Virus record (IMG/VR): IMGVR_UViG_3300046514_000653
Location: 1 to 64,000 of that record
Source: a virus
DNA length: 64,000 nt
Reading direction: 5' to 3' (one strand)
The notes beneath the pieces were generated by a model, which saw nothing but the letters and a program-made list of their open reading frames with translations, had not been told where the DNA came from and did no database searches. The position numbers and the translations under genes were made by a program. Below, piece by piece: positions 26,901 through 35,695 of this stretch. Every line of letters starts with the position of its first letter. Position 1 is the stretch's first letter.

Positions 26901-27227
26901 ATGGGCGCGATTGTCAATGTCCTGTTAACCATCAGTGGTACGTTGATCAGCATTTGGAATACCGCCAGGGGACTCCTGGAAGAATTGAGAGGACTAAGAA
27001 TGGACTTTACGAAGTTGATTGCGATTATGCAACAGTTGCAGACCGATGTGAGCACGGAAATTGCCGCAGCACAGGCTGCTATTAACGCAGCGAAAGCTGG
27101 CGATCAGAGCCAGTTGGATGCGGCGACAGACAGCTTGACCAAAACGGATCAGGCAATTAAGGATGCCACGACTGCGTTCATTGCCGCGGTTCCTGCAGGG
27201 CCGGCCGCGGAAGCGACGAAGAGCTAA
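26901..27227 (+). CDS. Ala-rich coiled-coil hypothetical protein
   Basis: GAGGTG RBS; possible internal start MDFTK at 27000. Confidence 0.65.
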   Translation: MGAIVNVLLTISGTLISIWNTARGLLEELRGLRMDFTKLIAIMQQLQTDVSTEIAAAQAAINAAKAGDQSQLDAATDSLTKTDQAIKDATTAFIAAVPAGPAAEATKS

Positions 27228-27320
27228 GAAGCTGTAGGAAGGCCGACAGTTCACCTGCGTTAGTGGTGAGGGAAGCCGGGAGCCCATACATCCCGGCAAT
27301 CATCTATAGGAACAAGGGGA

Positions 27321-28544
27321 ATGACGAATATGGCAGCGGCGGCTCCAAATCTCGGCACGATCAAGTGCCCGGCCTGTAAGAACATTATCAAGCTCACAGA
27401 AGCGATGGCAAGTACACTTCTGGAGCAGGAACAGACCAAGCATCAGGCGGAGATGCTGGATGTTGAGAATAAACTCAGGGTCGAGTTTAACGCCAAGTTC
27501 CAAACCACCGTGGACAAGAGCGTTGCATTACGCGTCGCAAAGACCATGGAGATTGCTGACAACACACGTAAGAACGCTGAACAAGCCTTCGCCGACCTGG
27601 AAGTCATGAAAAGACAGCTTGGCGAGGCGCAAAAGGCACAGGCGGCGTCTCTAGCTCGGGAACGGGCATTAGAAACGAAGGAACGGGAGTTGGATTTGAC
27701 TATCCAGCGCCGGGTGAATAGTGAAGCTTCCCAGATCCGTGATCAAGCACGGAATTCAGTCGCGGCTGAATATCAGTTGCAAGTCGCCGAGAAGGACCAG
27801 CAACTCTCCGGTCTGCAAGTTCAGATTGAAGAACTTCGACGCCGGGCGGAGCAGGGGAGCACGCAGTTGCAAGGCGAGACACAGGAGATCGTTCTAGAAG
27901 ATACGCTTCAAGCAACCTGGATGGAAGATACGATCTCGCCTGTTGCCAAAGGTGTCTTTGGCGGCGACTGTCTTCAATCCGTCATGGGTCCGAATCTTCG
28001 CCCGGCCGGATCGATTCTCTTTGAGTCCAAGCGGACGAAGGTGTGGCAAGACAATTGGTTGAGTAAGCTGCGGCTCGACCAGAGGAACGCAAAGGCAGAT
28101 GTGGCTGTCATTGTCACGCAGGCATTGCCGCGCGAAATGGTGGCGAACAATCAATCCTTCATGCTGGTCGAAGGAGTGTGGGTGTGCCAGTGGGCGCTCC
28201 TCATTCCATTCGTCTTCGTCCTTCGCCGCGGGCTGATCGACTTAGCCTCATCCAAAATCGCCGCGGCTGGAGCGGAGACTAAAGCGGAGCTGGTCTACGC
28301 TTATCTATCCAGCCAGTTGTTCAAACAACGTGTGCAGGGGATGCTGGAGTACGTCGCCGGGATGAAAGACCTGCTGGAGAAAGAGAAGAGGCAGATGCAG
28401 GCGGCGTGGGCAGCGAGAGACCGGCAGATCGATGGGCTGGTTACTAGCGTTGCGGGGATGTACGGGGATCTGTCGGGGATTGCAGGCGGCGGGATCGCGC
28501 AGGTGGAAGGGTTGCAGGTGGGAGTGGTGGAGGGAAAGGTGTAA
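27321..28544 (+). CDS. DUF2130-family protein (Zn ribbon, coiled coil, PD-(D/E)XK-like domain)
   Basis: IKCPAC, STQLQGETQE, KG..GGD, ILFESKRTK.W...WL.KL..DQR. Confidence 0.8.
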   Translation: MTNMAAAAPNLGTIKCPACKNIIKLTEAMASTLLEQEQTKHQAEMLDVENKLRVEFNAKFQTTVDKSVALRVAKTMEIADNTRKNAEQAFADLEVMKRQLGEAQKAQAASLARERALETKERELDLTIQRRVNSEASQIRDQARNSVAAEYQLQVAEKDQQLSGLQVQIEELRRRAEQGSTQLQGETQEIVLEDTLQATWMEDTISPVAKGVFGGDCLQSVMGPNLRPAGSILFESKRTKVWQDNWLSKLRLDQRNAKADVAVIVTQALPREMVANNQSFMLVEGVWVCQWALLIPFVFVLRRGLIDLASSKIAAAGAETKAELVYAYLSSQLFKQRVQGMLEYVAGMKDLLEKEKRQMQAAWAARDRQIDGLVTSVAGMYGDLSGIAGGGIAQVEGLQVGVVEGKV

Positions 28545-28546
28545 GT

Positions 28547-28849
28547 ATGAAGACTATCCAAGCAAACTGTATTTCACCAGAAGTAGCACGTGAAATATGT
28601 TCTGTCGGAGTCTTTCCAGAATATACGCCTGCTAGCCCCGATCCTATTCAGGGCATCGGCTGCAAGTTCTTACTCGGAGGACCGCTTACAGGACAGTTAG
28701 TTGTAGTCGTTGGGGAGACAGATCTAGCAGGGTTTAGAGAGGCTGTGGCTATAAGCGACCTGCCTGAACAGTTAAAAGTAATGTTGATCCTTGATCCAAT
28801 GACCAACACACGTTTCTGGAAGATCTCGACGGATTATAACAGGGATTAA
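28547..28849 (+). CDS. hypothetical protein
   Basis: 100-aa ORF in operon spacing. Confidence 0.6.
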   Translation: MKTIQANCISPEVAREICSVGVFPEYTPASPDPIQGIGCKFLLGGPLTGQLVVVVGETDLAGFREAVAISDLPEQLKVMLILDPMTNTRFWKISTDYNRD

Positions 28850-28857
28850 GAACAGTC

Positions 28858-29073
28858 ATGAAGATCAAACTCCCACGTCCGTTCGTTTACTACTGGAATG
28901 GCGCTTGGTACGTGGAATGTTCCAGTTGGCCGGATAGTCCTGTCTCTGGTTATGAGGTATACGGTCCCATTCCCGACCTGGAAACTGCGATTAACGTGGC
29001 TATCGAACGTGTGATGTTTGTTCAAGTCGTCTTCAAGAAAATGCTCATAGAGATAGAGAGTAAATTAGCATGA
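28858..29073 (+). CDS. hypothetical protein
   Basis: 71-aa ORF; ATGA overlap. Confidence 0.6.
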   Translation: MKIKLPRPFVYYWNGAWYVECSSWPDSPVSGYEVYGPIPDLETAINVAIERVMFVQVVFKKMLIEIESKLA

Positions 29074-29402
29074 CTACTGTGATCAACATCACCACCCAGC
29101 GCAACGCGTACTACCACGCACGCAAGGCTGGCACGTATGTTTACATCGGGCGCCATCCACACTCACTCGGTCCGTGGGGAAATAAGTACACGCATGTGCT
29201 GAAGACCGCGGTTCCTGGAGTGGTGAGAGTCAATAACCGGGAAGAAGCGGTGCGCAGGCATCGGGAAGACATGCTCGCCGACCCGGTTATGATGAAGAAG
29301 ATCAGGGAAGAGTTGAAGGACAAGGTGCTCGGATGCTGGTGTCATCCGCTATCTTGTCATGGCCAGACATACGCTGCGATTGCGAATGGAGAATTGAAAT
29401 AA
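29070..29402 (+). CDS. DUF4326-family protein
   Basis: VYIGR..PWGN....REEAV...ELKDKVLGCWCHPLSCHG. Confidence 0.85.
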   Translation: MTTVINITTQRNAYYHARKAGTYVYIGRHPHSLGPWGNKYTHVLKTAVPGVVRVNNREEAVRRHREDMLADPVMMKKIREELKDKVLGCWCHPLSCHGQTYAAIANGELK

Positions 29403-29405
29403 CAC

Positions 29406-29837
29406 ATGAGCGAACAATCGAGAATCATCCTACCTGGAGCACCGGCCAATAATCCCGCGCAGATGTCCGCGGAGCAAGTACGGAAGCTGAATAATGCCCG
29501 GCAGATCAGCGCCTACCTCACGCTTATCATGAACCTTCGCTCCGGCCGCGAGACTGCACAGATTGAAGTAGCTGGGAAGCTATATGATCTGACGGCCGCT
29601 ATCGCCATTCATCCAATCCTGGAGATTCTGGTCCCATTAATAACCATGCAGGAGTTGCTGAACGTCTGCGCTTCTCTCGTCGGAGCGCCTGTCAAGACCG
29701 CGGTAGGAAAGTTCCATCTACATGTGCATCAGGTAAAGCAAACGCCACTGCCGCAAATATCAACAGAACCGGCAGATACAATCACTCATGATCTAGAAAT
29801 TAAGGAGCCCGCAAATGAAACTGATGAACAGAAGTAA
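29406..29837 (+). CDS. hypothetical protein
   Basis: 143-aa ORF. Confidence 0.6.
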   Translation: MSEQSRIILPGAPANNPAQMSAEQVRKLNNARQISAYLTLIMNLRSGRETAQIEVAGKLYDLTAAIAIHPILEILVPLITMQELLNVCASLVGAPVKTAVGKFHLHVHQVKQTPLPQISTEPADTITHDLEIKEPANETDEQK

Positions 29838-30501
29838 GAGCAGTCAGAGCAGTCAGAGCAGTCAGATTGCGTTATTGCTTGCGCTAGTTACTAGTTCAGG
29901 AATGGCGCAACTCGGCCGGGGACAAACGCCGAACGCGACAATTACAGTCACAGCCAGTCCCACGAGCGTGAAGCCGGGTGGACAGACTACGATCACCTGG
30001 ACACTTTCAGGAAACGCAGCACCCGCGGCTCTGCAAGCTCTTCCGTCCATTCCTCTTGGCTGGAACATGACGACGCCGGCCGCGACGCCTGCATTGACCG
30101 CAGTGCCTAAGCAGGTGCAGTGTGGGACAGCGACGTGCGTGATCTATGGACAGAACCTGCTTCCTATTCCGAACGTAGCAATCGTTACGCAAGTCTTGAC
30201 CGTTCCGGTGACGGCTACTACTGGAACACAAACGGCGACAGTGACAGGAGGGCTCTGGTCAAATACTATAGGAGCGTTCCCGACTGCGCTGACTGTAGTG
30301 CCAGTGACGTTGACGGTTCTACCTTCACCGTATGACGTGAATGGAGACGGGCAGGTGACGACGGCTGATATTACAGCTATGGCGCTGCAGGTGGCCAACG
30401 GGAATTGTACAGCGGACCCGAGCGGGCTGGGAGGACCGTGTCAAGTGAATAGGGTTTATGACGAGATCAGCGGTTGGCAGGCTAATGGGAGCAAACCATG
30501 A
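29815..30501 (+). CDS. secreted protein with cohesin-like beta-sandwich and C-terminal dockerin-like repeat
   Basis: signal peptide IALLLALVTSSGMA|Q; SVKPGGQTTIT..PAALQ..KQVQC...CVIYG.N; YDVNGDGQVTTADI Ca-binding loop. Confidence 0.6.
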   Translation: MKLMNRSKSSQSSQSSQIALLLALVTSSGMAQLGRGQTPNATITVTASPTSVKPGGQTTITWTLSGNAAPAALQALPSIPLGWNMTTPAATPALTAVPKQVQCGTATCVIYGQNLLPIPNVAIVTQVLTVPVTATTGTQTATVTGGLWSNTIGAFPTALTVVPVTLTVLPSPYDVNGDGQVTTADITAMALQVANGNCTADPSGLGGPCQVNRVYDEISGWQANGSKP

Positions 30502-31259
30502 AGCCAGGGTTAAGCTACAGATTCAAACGATTTCTGTTCATCTACATATTCTGTTGTCTCACACTTGCGTTTGTATTCTGGCTTATTCGACACAGGATAG
30601 AGCAGACAAAAGCAGAGAAAATAGAACACGTCGAGAAACCTATCGCCGCCTCTCAAGGACCCTGTGATCCCGGCGAGACGCTATTCAGTATTGAGGGTGA
30701 ACCTCTTTGCGGGATTTGGAAAACCGATAGTGTTGTTGCAGTACATAGTCCACACGAGCCCGCGACGAATACAAGCCCCGAGTTTAAGATTGTTGACGCC
30801 AGACCGCCGATCCAGGTAGCGCTCGCGGAAGAGATCGCGCGGGAAGAAGGATGGTATGCCAAAGTCAAATGTATAGAAGATGAACACCGGGTCAATCGAT
30901 CCACTGTATTTTACAAAGACGGGACGTATCCAAATCAAACCTGCATGAATTTGCCGCAGGTGCTACACAACCCTGGATCGTTAGCGTATGCAAAGCAGGA
31001 TGGGGCAGTGGTGTTTTGTACCTCATTGCTTACCGGCGCCGATGAATGTGGTGGGTATGCCAGCTTCAGTACGGATGAAGCCGGGTGGGCGGCATTGCAT
31101 AAAGACATCGAAGCGAAGTGGGCGCATTGGAAGAAATTCCGCATAGAATTAAACGACTTAGACATTGCTGAGATGATCTCCTTCTCGTGGTCAAGCGGAG
31201 GGTATAGGGGTAAGTATGCAGATGACGTGCTCACCCGGCTGCATAAGAGAGGGTTTTGA
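30498..31259 (+). CDS. membrane-anchored protein with lysozyme-like/muralytic-type motif
   Basis: N-terminal TM; IAREEG, HNPGSL, GYASFST.EAGWAAL. Confidence 0.5.
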   Translation: MKPGLSYRFKRFLFIYIFCCLTLAFVFWLIRHRIEQTKAEKIEHVEKPIAASQGPCDPGETLFSIEGEPLCGIWKTDSVVAVHSPHEPATNTSPEFKIVDARPPIQVALAEEIAREEGWYAKVKCIEDEHRVNRSTVFYKDGTYPNQTCMNLPQVLHNPGSLAYAKQDGAVVFCTSLLTGADECGGYASFSTDEAGWAALHKDIEAKWAHWKKFRIELNDLDIAEMISFSWSSGGYRGKYADDVLTRLHKRGF

Positions 31260-31415
31260 AATGACACCTGGACAGTGGAATCTGTTAGTCCGCGTCCTGA
31301 TCTTCCTGGTAGCAGACAAGCTACACTTGGTCACCGGTATCAACGAAGGCGCAGGCGTTATAGGTACGACGATCAAAGGGACTGAACTACTGCAAGACTT
31401 GATAGACGAGGACAG

Positions 31416-31649
31416 TTGACCGCCATGACATTAGAGAAAATCATAAAGCTTAAAGAAGGCACGCGCGTTTGCTACTACCGTCCTAAGAGCGTCGAGCATG
31501 GTGACGAAGGGCAAGTGCTCTTCGGTCTGCCTATGGGGCAGCATCCGGCAAGGATGTACATACGCTGGGACGACGGATGTATTATGGACGATCTTACTAT
31601 TCCCAATCGAGCTTTCCGTTACATCCGCATTCTCTCGCTTCCTAAGTAA
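31416..31649 (+). CDS. small SH3-like hypothetical protein
   Basis: GTRV...DEGQV...YIRWDDG. Confidence 0.55.
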   Translation: MTAMTLEKIIKLKEGTRVCYYRPKSVEHGDEGQVLFGLPMGQHPARMYIRWDDGCIMDDLTIPNRAFRYIRILSLPK

Positions 31650-31658
31650 CCACTCTCC

Positions 31659-33116
31659 ATGGCTCTCTTCGGCGGCATTGAAATCCCCGGTCATCCGGAT
31701 CTTGAAAATATCCGCAAACTCGATCTCCTCCCCATCCCCTTCATCCGTCGCGCAAACCGTCTAGGCATCGGATTCGATCCAGAGTACGCGCATTATCTGA
31801 CCAGCAAGTTCTCGACTGAGATGGACGGGCTTGCAAAAGACATTGCGTCTTACATTCCTAAGCAGAACCTGGAAGAGTTTGCTGAGTCTGTGTCTGAAGA
31901 AGATGAGGAGAGCGGAGAGACAGAGTTCAACGCCGGCAGTCCCGAACAGATCGGAGATTTGCTCTTCAATAAACTCGGGATCGGCAGAGACAAGAAGCTC
32001 AAGAAGACGAAGACTGGGAATCGTATATCAGCCGGGAAAAAGAATCTGGAGTTGATCCGCTGGGAACATCCGGTTGTGCCACTTGTCTTTCGGTACACGG
32101 AGCTGAAGACACTTAAGAAGAACTATACCGTCAAGCTTCCTCTCATGGCTGTGCTGCACAAGCGCGGCTCCTGCTGTCCACGGTGCGAGCTTCCACATCA
32201 GGAAGATCATTACCGCATCCATGGGGAGATGGGGACGACTCGCGCGGTCACAGGCCGGATCAATCACAAGAATCCGAATCTGGGTAATGTCAGTGCGCGG
32301 ACGGAGGACGGGCAGGATGTTCAACGGTGTTTTATAGCACAATGTGGATCGAAGCTAGTTATTAGAGATTTGAGTCAGATCGAATTACGCGGGCTTGCGC
32401 ATCTGTCCATGTGTAAGTCGATGATCGACATTTACGATCAAGACGGGGATCTGCACATAGACACATGCTGGCGGACAGGGCTGTGTCCACAGGGACAGAA
32501 GCCGAGTATTGCTCAACGTATGGGGGCCAAGAGATGCAATTTCGGAATCCAGAATGGGACGACGGAGATTGGACTCTTCCTGCAGCTAGTCTCTGACTTC
32601 GGAGCCCAGAAGATCCCAGTTCCAGATTGGCTGACTGAAGAGTGGTGCAAAGAGTTTATCGCCGCCTGGCTGGAGTCGCGGCCGGAAGTCATGGAGTTCT
32701 TCGAGCAGTGCTGGTACAGAGCACGACGCTACGGCCGTAGCTGGGAGCCCTTCGGACGCTACAGGCCGATTCCTGAGATGCGTAGCTGTCATCCATGGAT
32801 CGTACACTCGGGAATGCGGTACGCGCAGAACTTCCCGGTGACTGCGCTCGCGGCCGAGCAGTTGAAGATCTCGATGGGGCATACGAATCGGCTGCTAGAG
32901 CAAGCTTGGGATAAAGGGAATGGGATCTGGTGCTGGCCGCTCCTGTCTATTCATGACGCCGAGATGGTCGAAGCTGATGAGAAGTATGCGGACGATGTGA
33001 ACGATCTAGTAGGATACGCCATGGACACGTGCATGCAGGATCAGGAGACTGGTGAACACAGATTCAGAACGCCGATTAAGAGTGATGGGAGTGTATGTAC
33101 AAGATGGGAAAAGTAA
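31659..33116 (+). CDS. polA: family A DNA polymerase, polymerase domain only
   Basis: FNAGSPEQI, TGRINHKNPNLGNV, motif A DLSQIELR, DLH, motif B RMGAKRCNFG, NFPV, motif C IHD. Confidence 0.92.
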   Translation: MALFGGIEIPGHPDLENIRKLDLLPIPFIRRANRLGIGFDPEYAHYLTSKFSTEMDGLAKDIASYIPKQNLEEFAESVSEEDEESGETEFNAGSPEQIGDLLFNKLGIGRDKKLKKTKTGNRISAGKKNLELIRWEHPVVPLVFRYTELKTLKKNYTVKLPLMAVLHKRGSCCPRCELPHQEDHYRIHGEMGTTRAVTGRINHKNPNLGNVSARTEDGQDVQRCFIAQCGSKLVIRDLSQIELRGLAHLSMCKSMIDIYDQDGDLHIDTCWRTGLCPQGQKPSIAQRMGAKRCNFGIQNGTTEIGLFLQLVSDFGAQKIPVPDWLTEEWCKEFIAAWLESRPEVMEFFEQCWYRARRYGRSWEPFGRYRPIPEMRSCHPWIVHSGMRYAQNFPVTALAAEQLKISMGHTNRLLEQAWDKGNGIWCWPLLSIHDAEMVEADEKYADDVNDLVGYAMDTCMQDQETGEHRFRTPIKSDGSVCTRWEK

Positions 33117-33307
33117 CAGCAAAACAAAGACTCAAAGAATTGAAAGAGTATTTACAACAGGGTGCTGATCTAGAACCTGAAGAGGTTTCGCTTTGGGCAG
33201 ACGTTCTTTCAGAAACTACCCCAAATCGAACCACCCGGTATAAAGCCAGTCGGCATTTAAAACGAATGGCCTACGCTCTCCGTCTGCTCCGCGGAGACTT
33301 TGACTGA
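33104..33307 (+). CDS. hypothetical protein
   Basis: overlaps the polymerase stop; 67 aa. Confidence 0.5.
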   Translation: MGKVTAKQRLKELKEYLQQGADLEPEEVSLWADVLSETTPNRTTRYKASRHLKRMAYALRLLRGDFD

Positions 33308-33387
33308 TGCCTCCTTGCCCTGCCTGCGGCTTCCACGATCATCAGGTCTGCTTAGTCCTAGGCCACACCTATCCGCTCCACCAGTTA

Positions 33388-33416
33388 TTGACAAACAGAC
33401 CTGATACACATACACT
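33388..33416 (+). promoter_or_regulatory. sigma70-type promoter, probably leaderless
   Basis: TTGACA-17 bp-TACACT; ATG 7 nt downstream at 33424. Confidence 0.75.
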
Positions 33417-33423
33417 TGGAAAC

Positions 33424-33984
33424 ATGGCTAGAGCAAAGTTGGTTTCTACTCCCCCTACATCCGGATACGTGCCGAAGAGAAGGTCACTGACAGTCGTCGC
33501 GCGTCCGACACATCCACCGATCCCGAATTTTAAGAAGCCTCCAAAGTCTTCTGCAGCATCCGCGGCCGCGGAATCCGCGACTGCGCCGGTCAAAGAAAAG
33601 AAGCCTCCTGTCGATCGCAACGCTCTTCCTCTTGTCTCCGTCCTGGGGAAAGATGACATGCGCCGGGCGATTGAGATTCTCAAAGAAGACGCTGAGCTGC
33701 TGGAACAGGAGCAGTTGATTGCTGAAGCGCGGAAGGACATCAAAGACGAATTCGTGAAGCTCTGCTTGCGCAATGACATCCCTGAAGGACTCCGCTACGG
33801 ATCGCTCTCGGGGACGTACGTGCAGATGAGTAGCACTAAACTGGACAAAGGCAAGCTCATGCTTGAAGCCGGTGTCACGGCCAAGCAGATCGCGGATTGC
33901 TACGTTGAAGGAAAGTCCTACTACCGTGTCGACATTATCGACTCCACCCGGCCTAGGAAACAGAAGCCTGCGGAGGATGAGTAA
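33424..33984 (+). CDS. hypothetical protein
   Basis: within ORF 33307..33984; start moved to the ATG just after the promoter. Confidence 0.7.
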   Translation: MARAKLVSTPPTSGYVPKRRSLTVVARPTHPPIPNFKKPPKSSAASAAAESATAPVKEKKPPVDRNALPLVSVLGKDDMRRAIEILKEDAELLEQEQLIAEARKDIKDEFVKLCLRNDIPEGLRYGSLSGTYVQMSSTKLDKGKLMLEAGVTAKQIADCYVEGKSYYRVDIIDSTRPRKQKPAEDE

Positions 33985-34726
33985 GAGGCAGGTTGAGTTG
34001 ACTGGTCTCGACTGAAGCGACCAGCTTGCTCATCGCGGCAACATAGAGCGGCATGTGGTGACGCGCGAACATACCGAGGAGCATGCGCTCGGGAAGAGCT
34101 GGCGCTTGGTCTACGTAGGTGAGAGGACCGGAGTGCTCGTATAGATTCGGTCCTACTTTCCACGGTACATCAGTGACCTTGTCGTGATCGTGCGCCATCG
34201 CCCCGTTACAGTAATTCCCCTGTGGAATATCAGAGAGCACATCGGCCAATTGCTTAAATCCTGGACGTGGCTGGCCAAAGCACACCATCCGAGCTGGTTT
34301 CACCCCTTTTAAAACCATGAGCCCCGCTAATAGGGCGGTCCTGGCAGCGCCGAGGGAGTGTCCAGCCACTACATACGGCCCCGGAAGCCGCAACGCGTCC
34401 TGGAGCACGTCATCCAGACCTATTTTGAAGCCAGCGTGGACTGGACCGAGACCTTTGTTCACGAACGGGTTGCAGAAGGCGTCGAGATCGCGCAGCCAAT
34501 CGAGTAAGCTTTTCGATCCGCGGAGGGCGATGAGAGTAGCTGGGGCGCCGGAAGGAAGAAGGACAGGACGACTGCCCCAATAAACACCATCGTCTCCGGA
34601 GTCGGCAATTGTTGTCCAGTCGCTCATGCTCGACTTACCGTCGCTTAAGTCATACATGTCCTGCAGACTTTGTGCCACGGCCGCGTCGAACTTCAATTCC
34701 TCAACGGATGCTTGCATACTTCTCAT
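33953..34726 (-). CDS. lipase class 3 (alpha/beta hydrolase)
   Basis: IALRGS...DW..D, VHAGF, VAGHSLGAA, FGQPRPG, DKVTDVP, HHMPLY. Confidence 0.9.
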   Translation of the reverse strand: MRSMQASVEELKFDAAVAQSLQDMYDLSDGKSSMSDWTTIADSGDDGVYWGSRPVLLPSGAPATLIALRGSKSLLDWLRDLDAFCNPFVNKGLGPVHAGFKIGLDDVLQDALRLPGPYVVAGHSLGAARTALLAGLMVLKGVKPARMVCFGQPRPGFKQLADVLSDIPQGNYCNGAMAHDHDKVTDVPWKVGPNLYEHSGPLTYVDQAPALPERMLLGMFARHHMPLYVAAMSKLVASVETSQLNLPLTHPPQASVS

Positions 34727-34905
34727 CTCCCCACTTTACTTGGCGGAAGAGTGATGCGTTGTCTCTCCCATTCCCGATGGTAATACGTGTCTTCGGATTT
34801 AAGGCAGATCTTACAAAGAGGACCAGGGGGAGTCTGAGCCTCTTCCACGCGTTGAAACTGATGAGGACTGTGCGCTTTATCCGCCAAGCTGTACTCCCTG
34901 CTCAC
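34723..34905 (-). CDS. small Zn-binding hypothetical protein
   Basis: HQF...CKIC.....H; ATGA overlap with the lipase. Confidence 0.5.
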   Translation of the reverse strand: MSREYSLADKAHSPHQFQRVEEAQTPPGPLCKICLKSEDTYYHREWERQRITLPPSKVGR

Positions 34906-34940
34906 AAGATTACAAACTTACTTCTTCCCTTACTTCTGCT

Positions 34941-35303
34941 CTACTTCTTCCCCTCGTCTACCTTCATTTCAATAATACTCAGCCGCCTGGTTACTTCAAT
35001 CAATTGATCGAGTACCCGGTCGTTCTGAACCTTAGCCACGTCGGCGCGGGCGAAAGAGGCTTGGTCTAATTTCACTTGAGCTAGGGCTAGCTCCAGCGCG
35101 TGTACACGAGAGTCCATCTGCATGTACACCAAAAAGAGACCAAGGATGTAGCCAGCCAGTTTAAGCCAGTTAGAGATAGACATACCTATTGGGGAAGGCG
35201 GGTCGGGAGTGATCTCTACTCTCATCTGCCGCCTGTCTGTCTGTGGCTCGTCTTCATCTGCTAGTGTAGTATCCAACATAGCGAGATCAGCCCCCATTCC
35301 CAT
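34941..35303 (-). CDS. single-TM coiled-coil protein (lysis-cassette-like)
   Basis: TM WLKLAGYILGLFLVYM followed by a coiled coil. Confidence 0.6.
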   Translation of the reverse strand: MGMGADLAMLDTTLADEDEPQTDRRQMRVEITPDPPSPIGMSISNWLKLAGYILGLFLVYMQMDSRVHALELALAQVKLDQASFARADVAKVQNDRVLDQLIEVTRRLSIIEMKVDEGKK

Positions 35304-35304
35304 T

Positions 35305-35589
35305 TTATTTTTGCGGCTCCGAGTGCGTCTCGACTACTCCGGCGAGAGTGCCGCCCGGACCACGTAAAGTGGAGACAATAGACTGACCTGCCTTATCTCC
35401 ACTTGGCGTAAGGTCGTAAGCCTGCAGTCCAATCACCATTTGGTATGCCTGAAAAATCACGGCCAGGAAGGCGGTGACTGCTGTCAATTGCATTGCATTG
35501 AGGTGGCTGAAGGCCGGGAGAAGGTATTGATCCGCTGCACCTAAAGTGATCAGCCCAAGATGAATTGCCAGTGCAACGCTACGACTCAT
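35305..35589 (-). CDS. holin-like two-TM protein
   Basis: two hydrophobic segments; 94 aa; downstream of tail genes. Confidence 0.45.
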   Translation of the reverse strand: MSRSVALAIHLGLITLGAADQYLLPAFSHLNAMQLTAVTAFLAVIFQAYQMVIGLQAYDLTPSGDKAGQSIVSTLRGPGGTLAGVVETHSEPQK

Positions 35590-35695
35590 TTGCAGTTTCT
35601 ACCTCGATATAAGTATAGAACAAACGGAATGGAAATTGATTTGAAGAAAAGAACATGCGCTCCCAAGCTTGGTACTTGCCTGGGAGCGCACCCCT

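Noticed and set aside
29833-29868. AGTCAGAGC tandem repeat as a phase-variation tract
   Set aside because: The unit is 9 bp (in frame, SSQ), so copy-number changes would not switch the gene on or off.
25275-31658. Intron or intein interrupting the polymerase
   Set aside because: The gap holds many independent ORFs and a promoter. No homing endonuclease or intein termini were recognised, and both halves have their own start and stop.
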